NCBI GenBank assembly: GCA_963843845.1
Contig: CAWJMB010000002.1
Coordinates: 3,328,001 to 3,392,000 of the forward strand
Direction of reading: 5' to 3'
Source: an uncultured Gemmatimonadaceae bacterium
GTDB taxonomy: Bacteria > Gemmatimonadota > Gemmatimonadetes > Gemmatimonadales > Gemmatimonadaceae
Length of the DNA: 64,000 nt
Shown here one piece after another: positions 19,882-32,332 of the stretch (position 1 is the first letter of the stretch; each line of letters begins with the position of its first letter). The position numbers were made by a program, and so were the translations under genes. The notes under the pieces were generated by a model. It worked only from the letters and a program-made list of their open reading frames with translations, made no database searches and was not told where the DNA came from.

Positions 19882-21264
19882 TCAGAGCCCATACTGCGCC
19901 ATGCGCCGGTAGAGCGCGCTCCGCGACAGGCCCAACGCCTTCGCCGCGTGGCTGACGTTGCCGTTCCAGCGCGCGAGCGCCTTCTGGATGAGCACCTTCT
20001 CCACGGCTTCGAGCGTCATCTCCTCGAGCGCCGCGTTCGCGCCGCGGTCGACGTAGAGCGCGAAGTCGGCGGCGCGCACGGTGTCGCCCGCGGCCATGAG
20101 CACGGCGCGCTCGACGGCGTGGTCGAGCTCGCGCACGTTGCCCGGCCACGGGTGGGCGAGCAGCAGCTGCAGCGCGTCGCGGTCGAAGCCCTTGCCAGCG
20201 GCTTGCGGTAGCGCGCCGCGTGCATGCCGCAGGAAGTGCGCGGCGAGCAGCGGCATGTCCTCGCGACGCTCGCGCAGCGGCGGCAGGCGGATCTCGACGG
20301 TGTTCAGGCGGTAGAGCAGGTCCTCGCGGAAGCGCCCCGCGGCGACTTCGGCGCGCAGGTCCGCGTTCGTCGCGGCGATGACGCGCACGTCGATGCGGCG
20401 CGTGCGCGACGAGCCGACGCGCTCGACCTCGCCGCTCTGCAGCACGCGCAGCAGCTTCGCCTGCTGCGAGAGCGACATGTTGCCGATCTCGTCGAGGAAG
20501 AGCGTCCCCGTGTCGGCGAGCTCGAAGCGGCCGACGCGGTCGCGTCTTCGCGTCGGTGAACGCGCCCTTCACGTGGCCGAACAGCTCGCTCTCGAACACG
20601 CCTTCGGAGAGCCCGCCCATGTTCACGACGACGAGCGGCTTGCCGGCGCGCGCGCTCGACGCGTGCAGCCAGCGCGCGACGAGCTCCTTGCCCGTGCCGT
20701 GCTCGCCGGTGACGAGCACGTTCGCGTCCGACGGCCCGACGCGCTCCATGAGCCGCAGCACCGGCTGCATCGCCGCGCTCTCGGCGATCAGCTCGACCCT
20801 GGACGACGCGTCGCGGCGGAGCGCGCGGTTCTCGCTCTCGAGGCGCTGCGTGCGGCGGAGCGCGCGGCCCAGCTCGACCTGCGTGCGCAGCGTGTGGACG
20901 AGCCGCGCGTCGTCCCACGGCTTCTCGACGTAGTCGCGCGCGCCGCGGCGCATCGCCTCGACCGCGCCCTCGACGCTTCCCCACGCGGTCATGACGACCA
21001 CCGGCAGCGCGCGTCGATCGCCTGCAGGCGCGGCAGGAGGTCGAGCCCTTCGCGGCCGGAGGTCGTGTCGCGCGCGTAGTTCAGGTCCATCAGCACGACG
21101 TCGAAGTCGCGCGCCTCGGCGGCGCGCGACCAGCTGCTGCGGCGAGCGCGCGGTCTCGACGTCGAAGCCCTCGTCGGCGAGGAGCAGCTGAGCGCGTCGA
21201 GGATCGCGCTCTGGTCGTCGGCGACGAGGACGCGCGCCGGCTCGGGGGCGGAGAGGTCAGGCAC
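19882..21264 (-). CDS. sigma54-dependent response regulator (REC-AAA+-Fis HTH); frameshifted
   Basis: [82 protein letters not shown]. Confidence 0.92.
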
Positions 21265-21297
21265 GGAGACCGAAGCTACGCGCCGCGGCGGGCGGCG

Positions 21298-23719
21298 TCA
21301 CTCGGCCCGCAGCGCGACGGTCGGGCTGACGCGTACCGCGCGACGCGCCGGCAGGTACGCCGCGACGAGCGCCGCGGTGCCCAACACGAGCGGCGTCACG
21401 ACGAGCGTGAGCCCGTCGACCGCGCCGACGCCGTAGAGCACCGACGCCATGAGCCGCCCGGCGCCCAACGCGAGCGCGATGCCGACCGCGAGGCCCACGA
21501 TCACCGGACGCCCCGTCTCCTGCATCATCGTCCGCACGAGCTTCACCGGCGCCGCGCCGAGCGCCGCGCGCACGCCGATCTCCCGCGTGCGCCGCGCCAC
21601 GGCGAACGCGACGACGCCGTAGATCCCGACCGCGGCGAGCAGCAGCGCGACCACGCCGACCACCGCCGTCACGCCAGCGCCGATCCGCGCCGGCAGCAGC
21701 GAGACCGCCATGTCGTCGGTCACGTCGGCGACGGCCGGCGGCGGGAGCAGCGGATCGAGGCGCGTGACGAGCGCGCGCACCGATCGGCGCAGCGCGACCG
21801 CCGTCGCCCCGTCCGCCGCGCGCACATGCAGCACCATGCTGGCGCGTGGCTGCTGGCCGTGCGGGAGGTAGAGAAACGGCGGCGTGTCTTCGCCGACCGA
21901 GTTGTACTTCGCATCGCGCACGACACCGACGACCGTGCGCCACGGGCCGTCCGGCCCGTCGACGCTGACGCGCTGGCCGAGTGCGGATCGATCCGGCCAG
22001 AATCGGCGCGCCGCGGTCTCGTTCAGCACCACCGTCCCCGCGGCGCCGGCGCGGTCGTCCTCGGTGAGCACGCCGCGGCCGCGAACGACCGGGATGCCCA
22101 GCGTCGTGAAGTAGTCGGCGCCGACGACGTTGAAGTACGTCGCGCGCCGCTCGCCCTGCGCCGACCACGCCGGTCGGCGCGACATACACGCCCGTCTCCA
22201 TGTTCGAGCCGCCGAGCGGTACGAGCGCGGCGACCGACGCGGCGCGCACGCCCGGCAGCGCGCGGGCCTCGGTGACCAGTCGGCGAAAGAACGCGAGCTG
22301 CGCCGCCTCGTCGAGCTGCCGCGGCTGCACGTCGATGGCGACGTCGAGCAGCCCGCGCGTGTCGAAGCCGGGATCCATGCGCCGCGAGTTCACGAGGCTG
22401 TGCGTGAGCAGCGACGCGACCGCGAGGCAGAGCGCGCAGAGCGCCACCTGCGCCCCGACGAGCGTCGAGCGGAGCCGCGACCGCACGCCGACGGCGCCGC
22501 CGCTCCCGCCCTTCATCGCCGCCATCACGCCGCTCCGCGACGAGCGGAGCGCCGGCACGAGCCCGAACAGCAGCGCGGTGCCGAGGCTGAGCAGCAGCGT
22601 GAACGCCACGACGCGCCCGTCCGGCGTGAAGTCGACGATCACCGCCTCGGGCGCGCTCGCGACGAGTCGGTCGCCGGCGACGCGGACCGCCCACGCGGCG
22701 CCGGCGAGCCCGAGCGCGCCGCCGATCGCCGCGAGTACCAGACTCTCGATCAACAGCTGCCGCACGAGCCGCCCGCGGCTCGCCCCCAACGCGAGCCGCA
22801 CCGAGATCTCGCGGCCGCGCGTCGTCGCCCGCGCGAGCAGCAGATTCGCGACGTTCGCGCAGGCGATGAGCAGCACGAGCCCGACGACGCCGAACAACGC
22901 CGCCGTCCCCCCCGCCACCGACGTGCGCAGCTCGGCGTTCACGCCGCGCACGTGGTCGGTGCGGAGCGTGAAGTCGCCGGCCGAGTAGCGCGCCGTGTCG
23001 CCCGCGGCGATGCGTCGCGCGACGGTGCCTAACGCCGCGTCGGCACGGTCGCGGTCGACGCCGTCCCGCAGCCGCGCCGTCGTGTACAGACTGCCGCCCC
23101 ACCGACTCGCGGGCTGCCCGGTGAGCGGGCGCGACGCGGCGCTCGCGAAGAACACGTCGGGGCGCCACGGCGTCACCGAGCTCGTGAACGACGGCTCGGT
23201 CACGCCGACGATCGTGAACGGCTGGCCGTTGACGCGCAGCACCCGCCCGACGACGTTCGGCACCCCGCCGAGTCGCTGCTGCCAGTAGTGGTGACTGACG
23301 ACGACCTGGAGCGCCGCGTCGCCGACGGAATCCGCGGCGGCGAACAGACGACCGGCCGTCGCGCGCACGCCCAGCGCGGCGAAGTAGTTCCCGGCGACGA
23401 TCGACCCGCTCAGCGTCTGGGGCTCGGCCGCGTCGGTGCGCGCGAGGGGTACGATCCGCTCGCCGATCACGTCCGTGAAGACGGATCGCGTGTCCGACGC
23501 GATCCGGGTCAGCTCGCCGTACGTGAGCGGGCCGTGGTGATTGCGGTAGACGCGCACGAGGGCGCCGTCGCCACGCAGCGGCCGCAGCAGCAGCGCGTTC
23601 GCGACGCTGAAGACCGCGCTGTTCGCCCCGATGCCGAAGGCGAGCGAGAAGATCGCGACGAGTGCGAACCCGGGCGCGGCGCGGAGCTGGCGGAGTGCGT
23701 GGCGGAGGTCGGCGAGCAT
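21298..23719 (-). CDS. duplicated MacB/FtsX-type (ADOP-like) ABC permease; frameshift near 22170
   Basis: DLRHALRQL..PGF, LLIACANVANLLLAR..REISVRLALGA, GIYGVVAFAVARRTREIGVRAALGA, PARRA..P..ALRAE. Confidence 0.9.
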
Positions 23720-23741
23720 GGGCGTCTCCGGAGCGGGTGCG

Positions 23742-26240
23742 TCAGTCGGCGCGCAGCGCGTCCGCCGGGTCGACGCGGGCGGCGCGGCGCGCGGGGAGCC
23801 AGCAGGCGAGCAGCGCCGTCAGCGCGAGCACGAGCGCGACGGCACCGAGCGTCGGCACGTCGATCGGGCGCACGCCGTACAGCCGGCTCTGGAGGAGCCG
23901 CGCGACGCCGACGGCCGCCGCGATCCCGACGACGGCGCCGGCCGCCGTCAGGCGCAGCCCCTGGCGGAGCACGAGCGCCGCGATGTCGCGCGCCCGGGCG
24001 CCCAGCGCGACGCGCAGCCCGAACTCGCCCGCGCGCTGCGCCACGGCGTACGCGACGACGCCGTAGAGCCCGACCGCGGCGAGCAGCAGCGCGAGCGCGC
24101 CGAACACGCTGAACGCCGCGGCGCTCACGCGGTACGGCAGCAGCATCGACCCGATCATCCGCTCGCCGAGCGGCTCGACGGTCGCGAACGTCAGGCGCGG
24201 GTCCTCCGACGTCACGGCGGCGCGCACGGCGATCGTCGTCGCGCGCCGCTCGGCGGGCGACGTGCCGGGGCGGAGCTGCACGAGGAGCTGCGTCGGGCCG
24301 GACGTCTGGCGCGCGAGCGGCGTGTAGAACAGCGGCGCGAGCTCGTCGGTCAGCGAGAGGAAGCGCGCGTCGCGCGCGACGCCGACGACGGTGACGCACG
24401 GCGCGTCGTCGCCGAACTGCGTGTGGACGCACTTGCCGACCGGCTCCTCGCCGGGCCAGACGCGCCGCGCGAACGTCTCGTTCACGACGACGGCGCCCGC
24501 CCCCGCGGCGTCGCGCGCCTCGAACGCGCGGCCGCGGACGATCGGGATGCCGATCGCGCCGAAGTACGCCGTGTCGACGGCGTTCGTGAAGAACATCCCG
24601 CCGGGCACGCCCGAGATCGCGCTCAGGTCGGCGCGCCCCGGCACGCGCAGCGTCGACATCGACACGCCGTCGAACGGCGCGAACGTCGCGCTCGCCGCGC
24701 CGCGCACGGCGGGGAGCGCGCGCACGCGCGCCGACGCCCGCTCGACGATGCCGCTCGCCTCGCGCCCCGTGATGCCGAACGCCTCCCAGTCCGCGGAGGC
24801 GACGAGCGTGCGCTCGCGCGGGAAGCCGACGTCGACCCCCTGCGCGTTGCGCAGGCTCCGCACGAACAGCCCGCCGACGCCGAGCAGAGCGAGCGACGCC
24901 GCGAACTGCACGGCGAGCAGCGCCGTCCGCACCGGCGCCGCGCGCGCCGTGCCGCGCACGCCCGCGCGCAGCAGCTCGCCCGCGTCGCTCCGCGCCGCGT
25001 GCACGGCCGGGACGAGCGCGAAGCCGAGCGTCGTGAGCAGCGTGACCGCGGCGGCGAAGGCGAGCGCGCGGCCGTCGACGAACCGCTCGACCGGCGGCAT
25101 GTCGGGGACGAGGCGCAGCAGCCGCGTGCCGACGATCGCGACGCCGACGCCGAGCGCGCCGCCTGACGCCGCGAGCGCGAGCCCCTCGGCGAGCAGCTGC
25201 CGCACGAGGCGCCCGCGGTGCGCGCCTAACGCCACGCGCGTCGCCATCTCGCGGCGGCGGCGCTCGGCGCGGGCGACGAGCAGGTTCGCGACGTTCGCGC
25301 AGACGACGAGCAGCACGGCTGCGGTCGCGCCGATCAGCCAGGGCGGCAGCGGGCTCGTGCCCTCGGACGCGCGACGCCCGAAGCCGTCGTGCAGCGGCGT
25401 CGCCCGGACGGAGCGCGGCCGCCGCGCGTCGAAGCCGACGGCGGGCCCGCCGTTCGCCGCGTCGGCCGCGCGCAGCACGGTCGTGCCGACCGACTCGGCG
25501 GCGCGGCTCGTCGACGCCGGGCGCGAGCCGCACGACGGCCTGCAGCCACTTCTCGTCGGCGTCGCACGTAGTCGGCCTGGTAGCCGATCGTGGCGGCCAT
25601 GCCGAGCGGGAGGAACAGGTCGGCCGCCGCTCGAGCCGCACGCCGCCGAAGCCGGGCGGCGCGATCCCGACGACGGTGACGGCGCGGCCGTTGAGCCGGA
25701 TCGTGCGCCCGACGGCGGCCGGGTCGGCGCCGAGCGTGTGCCGCCAGAAGCGGTCGCGTGACGACGGCGACCGGCGCCGCGCCGAACGCGTCGTACTCCT
25801 CGGCGCGTGAACGCGCGGCCGCGCGCCGGGCGCACGCCGAGCGTCTCGAAGTAGCCCGCGCCGACGAGCGTCACGGCGAGCTTCCGCGGCTCGCCCGCCG
25901 GCGTCGCGCCGGCCGAGTCGGTGAGCGACGCGCCGCCGCCGGCGTAGGCGCCGAGCGCGGCGAACGTGCCGCGGCGGGCGCGCAGCGCGGCGACGTCGGC
26001 GAGCCCGTATCCCTCGTTGAAGAACACCTGCTGCCCCGGCGTCGGCGGCATCGCCACGGTGAGCCGCCGCACCTCGCCGGGCGCGCGCACGCCGGCCGGG
26101 TCGCGGAAGAACAGCGCGTCGAGCGCGCCGAACGCCGCGACGTTGATCCCGATGCCGAGCGCGAGCACGACCGCGACGACGGCGGTGAAGCCGGGCGTGA
26201 GGCGGAGCTGGCGGATCGCGGGGCGGAGGTCGGTCCACAT
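23742..26240 (-). CDS. duplicated MacB/FtsX-type ABC permease (compensating frameshifts about 25500-25800)
   Basis: Same family motifs: VVCANVANLLVAR, GLYGVVAYAVAQR, PARRAARVDP. Confidence 0.9.
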   Translation of the reverse strand: MWTDLRPAIRQLRLTPGFTAVVAVVLALGIGINVAAFGALDALFFRDPAGVRAPGEVRRLTVAMPPTPGQQVFFNEGYGLADVAALRARRGTFAALGAYAGGGASLTDSAGATPAGEPRKLAVTLVGAGYFETLGVRPARGRAFTRRGVRRVRRGAGRRRHATASGGTRSAPTRPPSGARSGSTAAPSPSSGSRRPASAACGSSGGRPVPPARHGRHDRLPGRLRATPTRSGCRPSCGSRPASTSRAAESVGTTVLRAADAANGGPAVGFDARRPRSVRATPLHDGFGRRASEGTSPLPPWLIGATAAVLLVVCANVANLLVARAERRRREMATRVALGAHRGRLVRQLLAEGLALAASGGALGVGVAIVGTRLLRLVPDMPPVERFVDGRALAFAAAVTLLTTLGFALVPAVHAARSDAGELLRAGVRGTARAAPVRTALLAVQFAASLALLGVGGLFVRSLRNAQGVDVGFPRERTLVASADWEAFGITGREASGIVERASARVRALPAVRGAASATFAPFDGVSMSTLRVPGRADLSAISGVPGGMFFTNAVDTAYFGAIGIPIVRGRAFEARDAAGAGAVVVNETFARRVWPGEEPVGKCVHTQFGDDAPCVTVVGVARDARFLSLTDELAPLFYTPLARQTSGPTQLLVQLRPGTSPAERRATTIAVRAAVTSEDPRLTFATVEPLGERMIGSMLLPYRVSAAAFSVFGALALLLAAVGLYGVVAYAVAQRAGEFGLRVALGARARDIAALVLRQGLRLTAAGAVVGIAAAVGVARLLQSRLYGVRPIDVPTLGAVALVLALTALLACWLPARRAARVDPADALRAD

Positions 26241-26255
26241 GGGGGCGGGCGGGTG

Positions 26256-27014
26256 TCAGGTGATCGGCGTCTGCGCGTCGTCGCTCACGACCCACCCGTC
26301 CTTGAGCTGCACGACGCGCCCGCCGTAGCGTGCGTTCTCCTCGGAGTGCGTCACCTGCACGATCGTCGTTCCCTGCGCGTTCAGCCGCGCGAACAGCTCC
26401 ATGATCTCGCGCGCCTGCGCCGAGTGGAGGTTGCCGGTCGGCTCGTCGGCGAGGAGGAGCGTCGGCTTCGCGATGACGGCGCGCGCGATGCCGACGAGCT
26501 GCTGCTGGCCGCCGGAGAGCTGGCGCGGGAAGAGGTCCTTCTTGCCGACCATGCCGAAGCGGTCGAGCGCGTCGGCGACGAGCGCCTGCCGCTCGCTCTT
26601 CTTCACGCCGCGATAGTCGAGCGGCACGTCGAGGTTCTCGGCGACGGTCAGGTCGTCGAGGAGGTGGTACTGCTGGAAGACGAAGCCGACGTGGCGCCTG
26701 CCCAACGCGGTGCGGTCCTTCGGCGCCATGCGGTGCACGGCGTGGCCGGCGAGCTCGAAGCTGCCCGCCCACGAATGATCGAGCACGCCGAGGATGGCGA
26801 GCAGCGTCGACTTCCCGGCGCCCGACGGCCCCATGATCGTGACGAACTCTCCGGCGCGCACCTCGAGGTTGACGCGACGCAACACGTAGCTCTTCCCGCC
26901 GGCCAGGTCGTAGCTCTTCTCGAGGTCGCGCAGCGCGATGAGCGGCGCGCCGGGCGGCAGTTCCAGCGGCGTGGCGGAGGGGGCGGGGGCGGGGGCGGAT
27001 CCGAAGAGCGGCAT
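26256..27014 (-). CDS. MacB/LolD-type ABC ATP-binding protein
   Basis: [37 protein letters not shown]. Confidence 0.95.
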   Translation of the reverse strand: MPLFGSAPAPAPSATPLELPPGAPLIALRDLEKSYDLAGGKSYVLRRVNLEVRAGEFVTIMGPSGAGKSTLLAILGVLDHSWAGSFELAGHAVHRMAPKDRTALGRRHVGFVFQQYHLLDDLTVAENLDVPLDYRGVKKSERQALVADALDRFGMVGKKDLFPRQLSGGQQQLVGIARAVIAKPTLLLADEPTGNLHSAQAREIMELFARLNAQGTTIVQVTHSEENARYGGRVVQLKDGWVVSDDAQTPIT

Positions 27015-27051
27015 GACGGCGAGGTCGGAGAGAAGCGCGGGTCGATCCCAA

Positions 27052-27176
27052 GGGAAGCGACGTGCCACGGGCACGTCTCGTCAAGATGCGCCCTGCCAAC
27101 GACTTACGATACGCGTCCGGGCGCGCGGCGCGGCGCGTTGTCCGGCGGTGGGATTTCGCCGTCCCACGAGCGGACA
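27052..27176 (-). promoter_or_regulatory. sigma54-like promoter + IHF-like site + paired enhancer sites (module 1)
   Basis: TGGCACGTCGCTTCCC (27067-27052); tgccaacgactta (27094-27106); TGTCCGgcggTGGGAT (27139-27154); GTCCCAcgagCGGACA (27161-27176). Confidence 0.65.
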
Positions 27177-27266
27177 GTGCGCGCGTTCGTTCGACACGAC
27201 AGCAGGTCGCGCTCGGCTCGAGCGTGCTACGGCGAGCAGGTCCGCGATCGGCCGTGACGATCGCTC

Positions 27267-29707
27267 TCACTCCGCGCGCATCGCGATCGTCGGGTCGATC
27301 CGCGCCGCGCGGCGCGCCGGAACGTACCCCGCGAGCACCGCCGCCCCGGCGAGCAGCACCGTCACGCCGGCGAGCACCGTCGGGTCGAGCGGATCGGTGC
27401 CGAACAGCAGCCCGCGCAGCACGCGCGTCGCCGCCACGCTCCCTGCGAGGCCGAGCGCCGCGCCGACGAGCGCGAGCCGCGCGACCTGGTTGCCGAACAG
27501 CGCGATCACGTCGCGCGCCGAGGCGCCTAACGCGACGCGGATACCGACCTCGCGCGTGCGGCGCGCCGCGGTGTAGGCGACGACCCCGTAGACGCCGATC
27601 GCCGCGATGAGCACCGCGAACAGCGCGAGCCCTCCGAACGTCGCGGCGATGACGCGGTAGGCGCGGAAGCGCTCTCGCACGTCGTCGGTCGCGGTCCGCA
27701 CGTGGTCGAGCGGCTCGTCGGCGAGCGCCGGCGCGGCGACGGCGGCGAGCGTCGGCACGAGAGCGCGCGCCGCGTCGGCCGTCCGCGCGCGGACGGCGAT
27801 GCTCACCGGCCGGCCCGGCCACTGCGCGAACGGCACCCACACCCGACTCGCCGTCGCCGCGCCGTCGGCCGCGCCGCCGGCGCGTCGGCGACGACGCCGA
27901 CGACCGTCACCCACGGCCGAGTCGGGCCTCCGAGCCGGACACGCCTGCCTACCGCATTCTCCCCCGGCCACAGCCGCTGCGCCATCGCCGAGTCGATCAT
28001 CGCGACCGGCACCGCTCCAGCGTCATCGCCCGCGGCGAGATCGCGGCCGGCCGTCAGGCGAAGCCCGCTCGCTCCACGCCACCCTGGCGTCACGGCGAAC
28101 GCGAACCGCGGCGACGCGCCGCCCGGCACCGCGCTCCGCCCTTCGACGGCGATCGTCTGCGGCGTCGCACCGAAGCCGGCGATGAAGTGCGCGTGGTCGA
28201 GCGACACCGCGTCGACGTTCGGCAGGCGGGCGAGGCGGGCGACGACGTCGGTTCGCAACGGGCACGATCTGCGACGAGTCGTCCCACCGCGCGTCGAGGA
28301 AGGGCAGGTCGGCGAGCACCGTGCGCCGCGCCATCGCGGCGTCGTCCGGCCGCGCGACGCGCCGCACCGTCTTCGCGAGCAGCCCGGCGCCCGAGAGCAG
28401 CACGAGCGTCAGCGCCAGCTCGCCGACGACGAGCGCCGCGCGGAGGCGCCCCTGCCGCCGGTCCGCGCCGACCGTCGGCCCCGTCGCCTTGAGCGACGAC
28501 TGCAAGTCCGGGCGCGACGCGCGCCAGACGACGATCGCGCCGACCACCGCGACGCTGAGCGTCGCGGTGAGTGCACAGAAGGCGACGACGCGCGCGTCGG
28601 TGCGCAGTTCGATCCAGTACGGAATCTCCCTGTCGTGCGACGCGTGGCCTCGGCGATCGCGCCGCGCGCGGCGAAGCAGGCCGGCGGCCGCCCCGGCCGC
28701 GACGAGCACGACGATCTCGCCGACGACGTGGCGCGCGAGCCGACCCCGGCCGGCGCCCAACGCGGCGCGCACCGCCAGCTCGCGCCACCGCGCCGCGGCG
28801 CGCGCCAGCAGCAGTCCGGCGAGGTTCGCGCAGACGACGAGCTGCACGAGGAGCACGGCGCCGAAGATCGCCCAGCCGAAGATCGCTTCGTCGCCCGCGA
28901 TGTCCGACCGCAACGGCGTCGCCGCGGCCGTCCACTCGGCCTGCGTCGCCGGATACGCGCGCTCCCACCCGCCGCGCGAGCGCCGCGACCTCCGCCGTCG
29001 CCGCGTCGACCGTGACGCCCGGCCGCAGCCGTCCGATGACGCCGAGGTCCGCGCGCGTCGCGGTCGCTCGCGGGCGGCGCACTCGCGAGCGGCACCCACA
29101 CCTCCGCCATCTCGGGAAAGCGGAAGCGCGGCGCGAGCACGCCGACGATCGTGTGCGCGACGCCGTTCACCGGAATCGCGCGCCCCACGATCGACGAGTC
29201 GCCCCCGAAGCGCCGCCGCCACAACGCGTGGCCGAGCACGACGACGCGCTCGGCGCCCGCTCGGTCGTCGGCGGCGACGAGCGCACGGCCCACCACCGGG
29301 CGGGCCCCGACGAGTGCCAGCGTCGCGCCCGACACCGTCGCGCCCCGCACCCGCTCGGCGTAGCTGCGAGCCGCGGAGGAGCCGCCGTCGCTCCGGCCCA
29401 GCACGACCGGCTCCTCGAGGTACGCCCCGACCGCGTCGACCGTCCGCAGCGAGCGCTGCCAGTCGAGGAACCCCTCGTACGACGTGCCGACGCCGCACCC
29501 CGCGCAGAGCTTCGTCGCGCTCGTCTCGTGCAGATCGACGAGCCGCGCCGCGTCGGGGAACGGCAGCGGGCGCAGCACGATCGCGTCGAGGATGCTGAAG
29601 GCGACGGTGTTCGCGCCGATGCCTAACGCGAGGCAGAGGAATGTCGCGGCGGCGAAGCCGGGCGTGCGACGGAGAGAGCGGATGGCGAGGCGGAGGTCCG
29701 TCAGCAT
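27267..29707 (-). CDS. duplicated MacB/FtsX-type ABC permease; multiple frameshifts
   Basis: MLTDLRLAIRSLRRTPGF, VVCANLAGLLLAR, GVYGVVAYTAARRTREVGIRVALGA, PARRAARIDP. Confidence 0.88.
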
Positions 29708-29891
29708 GATGCGCTTCGGTGTACGGGCTCGTTCACGGCGGAGGCGGTGCGGCGCGTTCGATCCGGCGTGGGATTCGGCAGTGTGGGCACGGCATGGCCT
29801 GGCGCTCGGCTCTGCGTACCGCAGTGCCGCTTTCGCGGTGTACGGGCAGCGCCGCCGGATCGCCTCCGCAGTCGACCGCCACCGCAGGAAC

Positions 29892-32297
29892 TCATTCGCC
29901 CACCAAGGCCCGCATCGGATCGACGCGGGTCGCCCGCCGCGCCGGCAGCCAGCAGGCGAACACCACCGTCGCGCTCAGCGCGACCGTCACGCCCCCGAAC
30001 ACGAGCGGGTCGGTCGCACTGACGCCGTGCAGCGCCGCGCTCAGCAGCCGAGTCAGTCCGGACGCCAGCGCCAGCCCGAGCGCCACGCCGACGCCCGCCA
30101 TCCGCGCCCCGTCGCCGAGGACGAGCCGCTCGACGTCGCGCGGGCGGGCGCCCAGCGCGACGCGCACGCCGAGCTCGCGCGTTCGCTGCGCGACCTGGTA
30201 GGCGACGACGCCATAGACGCCGACGACCGCGAGCACGAGCGCGACGCCCGCGAACGCGCCGAACAGCGTCGCGTAGAGCCTGAAGCGCCACAGCGCGTCG
30301 CTCGCGATCCCGTCGAGTGTCTGCAGCGACGCGATCGGCAGCACGCGGTCGACCTCGGTCACCGCCCGACGTAGCGCCGGCGCGAGCGAGGCCGCGACGG
30401 ACGTCTCGCCGCGCGTCGCGATCAGCAGCGACATCGTGCGACTCGGGGCCGTCGCCCACGGAAGCCACAGCTGCGACGCCGGCCGCCCCCCCGCCCGACT
30501 CAGCCCGACGTCGCGCGCCACGCCGACCACCGTCAACCACCGCCGCGCCGAGTCGGCGCGCAGCGCGAGGCGCCGGCCGACCGCGCTCGTCGTCGGCCAG
30601 GCGCGTCGCGCGAGCGTCTCGTTCACGACGACCGCCGTGGCGAGCGTGTCGCGCCCTTCCGCCTCCGTGAGGTCGCGCCCGGCGACGAGCGGCACGCGCA
30701 GCGTCGTGAGCGACCCGCCGCTCGTCGGCAGCCACGACACCGACTGCTCGACGGCCGCGTCGTCGCGCCCCTCGACGTACACGGTCGACGTCCGCTCGCC
30801 GCCGTCGAGCGGCGCGCGCGTCATGACCGACGCGTGCGCGACGCCGGGCATCGCGCGCACGCGGGCGAGCGCGGCGTCCATCGTCGCGAGCCGCCGCGTC
30901 GTCGACGCGAACCGTTCGCCAGGGAGGTACAGCCGCGCCACGAGCACGCCGCGTGTCGTGAACCCGGGATCGATCGTGCTGAGCCGGAGCACGTCTCTGA
31001 TCATCACCCCGGCGCCGACGAGCAGCACGAGCGCCAGCGCGAGCGCGCCGGTGACGAGCCCTTCGCGCAGCCGCCGCGCGCCGACGCTCGTGCCGCGCCC
31101 GCCGTCGCGCAGCGCCGGCGCCAGCTGCGGGCGTGACGCGCGCACCGCCGGGAGCAGCCCGAAGACGAGCCCTGTCGCGAGCGACAGGGCGACCGCGTAG
31201 CCGACCACGTTCCGGTCGACCGCGAACACGATCCACGACGGATACGCGACCCGGGTCGTGCGCCGCAGCAGCTCGGTGCTCGCGTTCGCGATCCCGACGC
31301 CGAGCGCGCCGCCGGCGAGCGCGACGAGCAGACTCTCGGTGACGAGGAGCCGCACGACGCGCGCTCGGCCGGCGCCTAACGCGAGCCGCACGGCCAGCTC
31401 GCGCCGCCGCGCCGCCGTGCGCGCCAGCAGCAGGTTCGCGACGCTCGCGCAGGCGATGAGCAGCACGAAGCCGACGGCGCCCATCATGGCGCCGAACACG
31501 GGGCGCACTTCCTCGGGCACGAGCGTGCCGGTCAGCGCGACCGCGCGCGGCACCCAGTCGGCGTCGCCGGCGTGCAGCGCGCCGATCCGTGTCGCGATCG
31601 CTCCGAGCTCGCGCGTCGCCGCCTCGCGCGTCACGCCGGGGCGCAGCCGCCCGATCGCGGTGAGCGACGGGTTCGCTCGCGCGGCGACGTCACGGTCGTA
31701 GGGCAGCGGCGTCCACAGCGCCTCGCGGTCGCCGGTGATCCCGATGCTCGGCGGCATGACCCCCACCACGGTGGTCGGCACGCCGTCGAGCGTCACGCGC
31801 TGCCCGACGACGCGCGGATCGGCGGCGAAGTGCGCGCGCCACGTCTCGTCGCTCAACAGCGCCACGGCGGGCGCCCCCGGCACGCTCTCGTCGGTGCGGA
31901 AGGCGCGGCCCAACGCCGGGCGCACGCCGACGACGGTGAAGTAGTCGTCGGTGATCTGCACGGCGGTCACGGCCTCGGCGCCGTCGCCGCGCGCGAGACT
32001 CATGAGGCGGGTGCGGAATCCGGCGAGTCCGCTCAGCGTCCGCGCGGACTCGCGCAGGTCGAGCAGGTACGGCACCGACAGCGCGCCCCCGTCGATCCCC
32101 GTCGCCGGCTTCGCGAGCGACACGCGCACGAGCTCGGCCGGGCGCGCGTACGGCAGGGGGCGCAGCAGCACCGCGCGCATGAGACTGTAGACCGTCGTGT
32201 TCGCGCCGAGCCCGAGGCCGAGGCAGAGCACCGCGGCGAGCACGAAGCCGGGGGCGCGGCGGAGCGAGCGGAGCGCGGACACCACGTCGCTGAGCAT
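29892..32297 (-). CDS. duplicated MacB/FtsX-type ABC permease (intact)
   Basis: MLSDVVSALRSLRRAPGF, LLIACASVANLLLAR, AQRTRELGVRVALGA, PARRATRVDP. Confidence 0.93.
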   Translation of the reverse strand: MLSDVVSALRSLRRAPGFVLAAVLCLGLGLGANTTVYSLMRAVLLRPLPYARPAELVRVSLAKPATGIDGGALSVPYLLDLRESARTLSGLAGFRTRLMSLARGDGAEAVTAVQITDDYFTVVGVRPALGRAFRTDESVPGAPAVALLSDETWRAHFAADPRVVGQRVTLDGVPTTVVGVMPPSIGITGDREALWTPLPYDRDVAARANPSLTAIGRLRPGVTREAATRELGAIATRIGALHAGDADWVPRAVALTGTLVPEEVRPVFGAMMGAVGFVLLIACASVANLLLARTAARRRELAVRLALGAGRARVVRLLVTESLLVALAGGALGVGIANASTELLRRTTRVAYPSWIVFAVDRNVVGYAVALSLATGLVFGLLPAVRASRPQLAPALRDGGRGTSVGARRLREGLVTGALALALVLLVGAGVMIRDVLRLSTIDPGFTTRGVLVARLYLPGERFASTTRRLATMDAALARVRAMPGVAHASVMTRAPLDGGERTSTVYVEGRDDAAVEQSVSWLPTSGGSLTTLRVPLVAGRDLTEAEGRDTLATAVVVNETLARRAWPTTSAVGRRLALRADSARRWLTVVGVARDVGLSRAGGRPASQLWLPWATAPSRTMSLLIATRGETSVAASLAPALRRAVTEVDRVLPIASLQTLDGIASDALWRFRLYATLFGAFAGVALVLAVVGVYGVVAYQVAQRTRELGVRVALGARPRDVERLVLGDGARMAGVGVALGLALASGLTRLLSAALHGVSATDPLVFGGVTVALSATVVFACWLPARRATRVDPMRALVGE

Positions 32298-32332
32298 GGC
32301 AGGCGTCGGGAGGGAGGATGCCGGCGTCCAGA

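Noticed and set aside
23509..27840. 1443-aa ORF and other very long Arg/Ala/Pro-rich ORFs (e.g. 58216-63156, 37598-40447, 676-2688)
   Set aside because: Shadow frames caused by stop-codon scarcity at high GC. They overlap well-supported genes and have no motifs except where they pick up frameshifted fragments.
29708..29891. Fourth sigma54 module between permeases (atccggcgtgggatt; 12-bp direct repeat cggtgtacgggc)
   Set aside because: The enhancer-like site is one base short, and no correctly placed -24 box or TTA-ending 13-mer was found.
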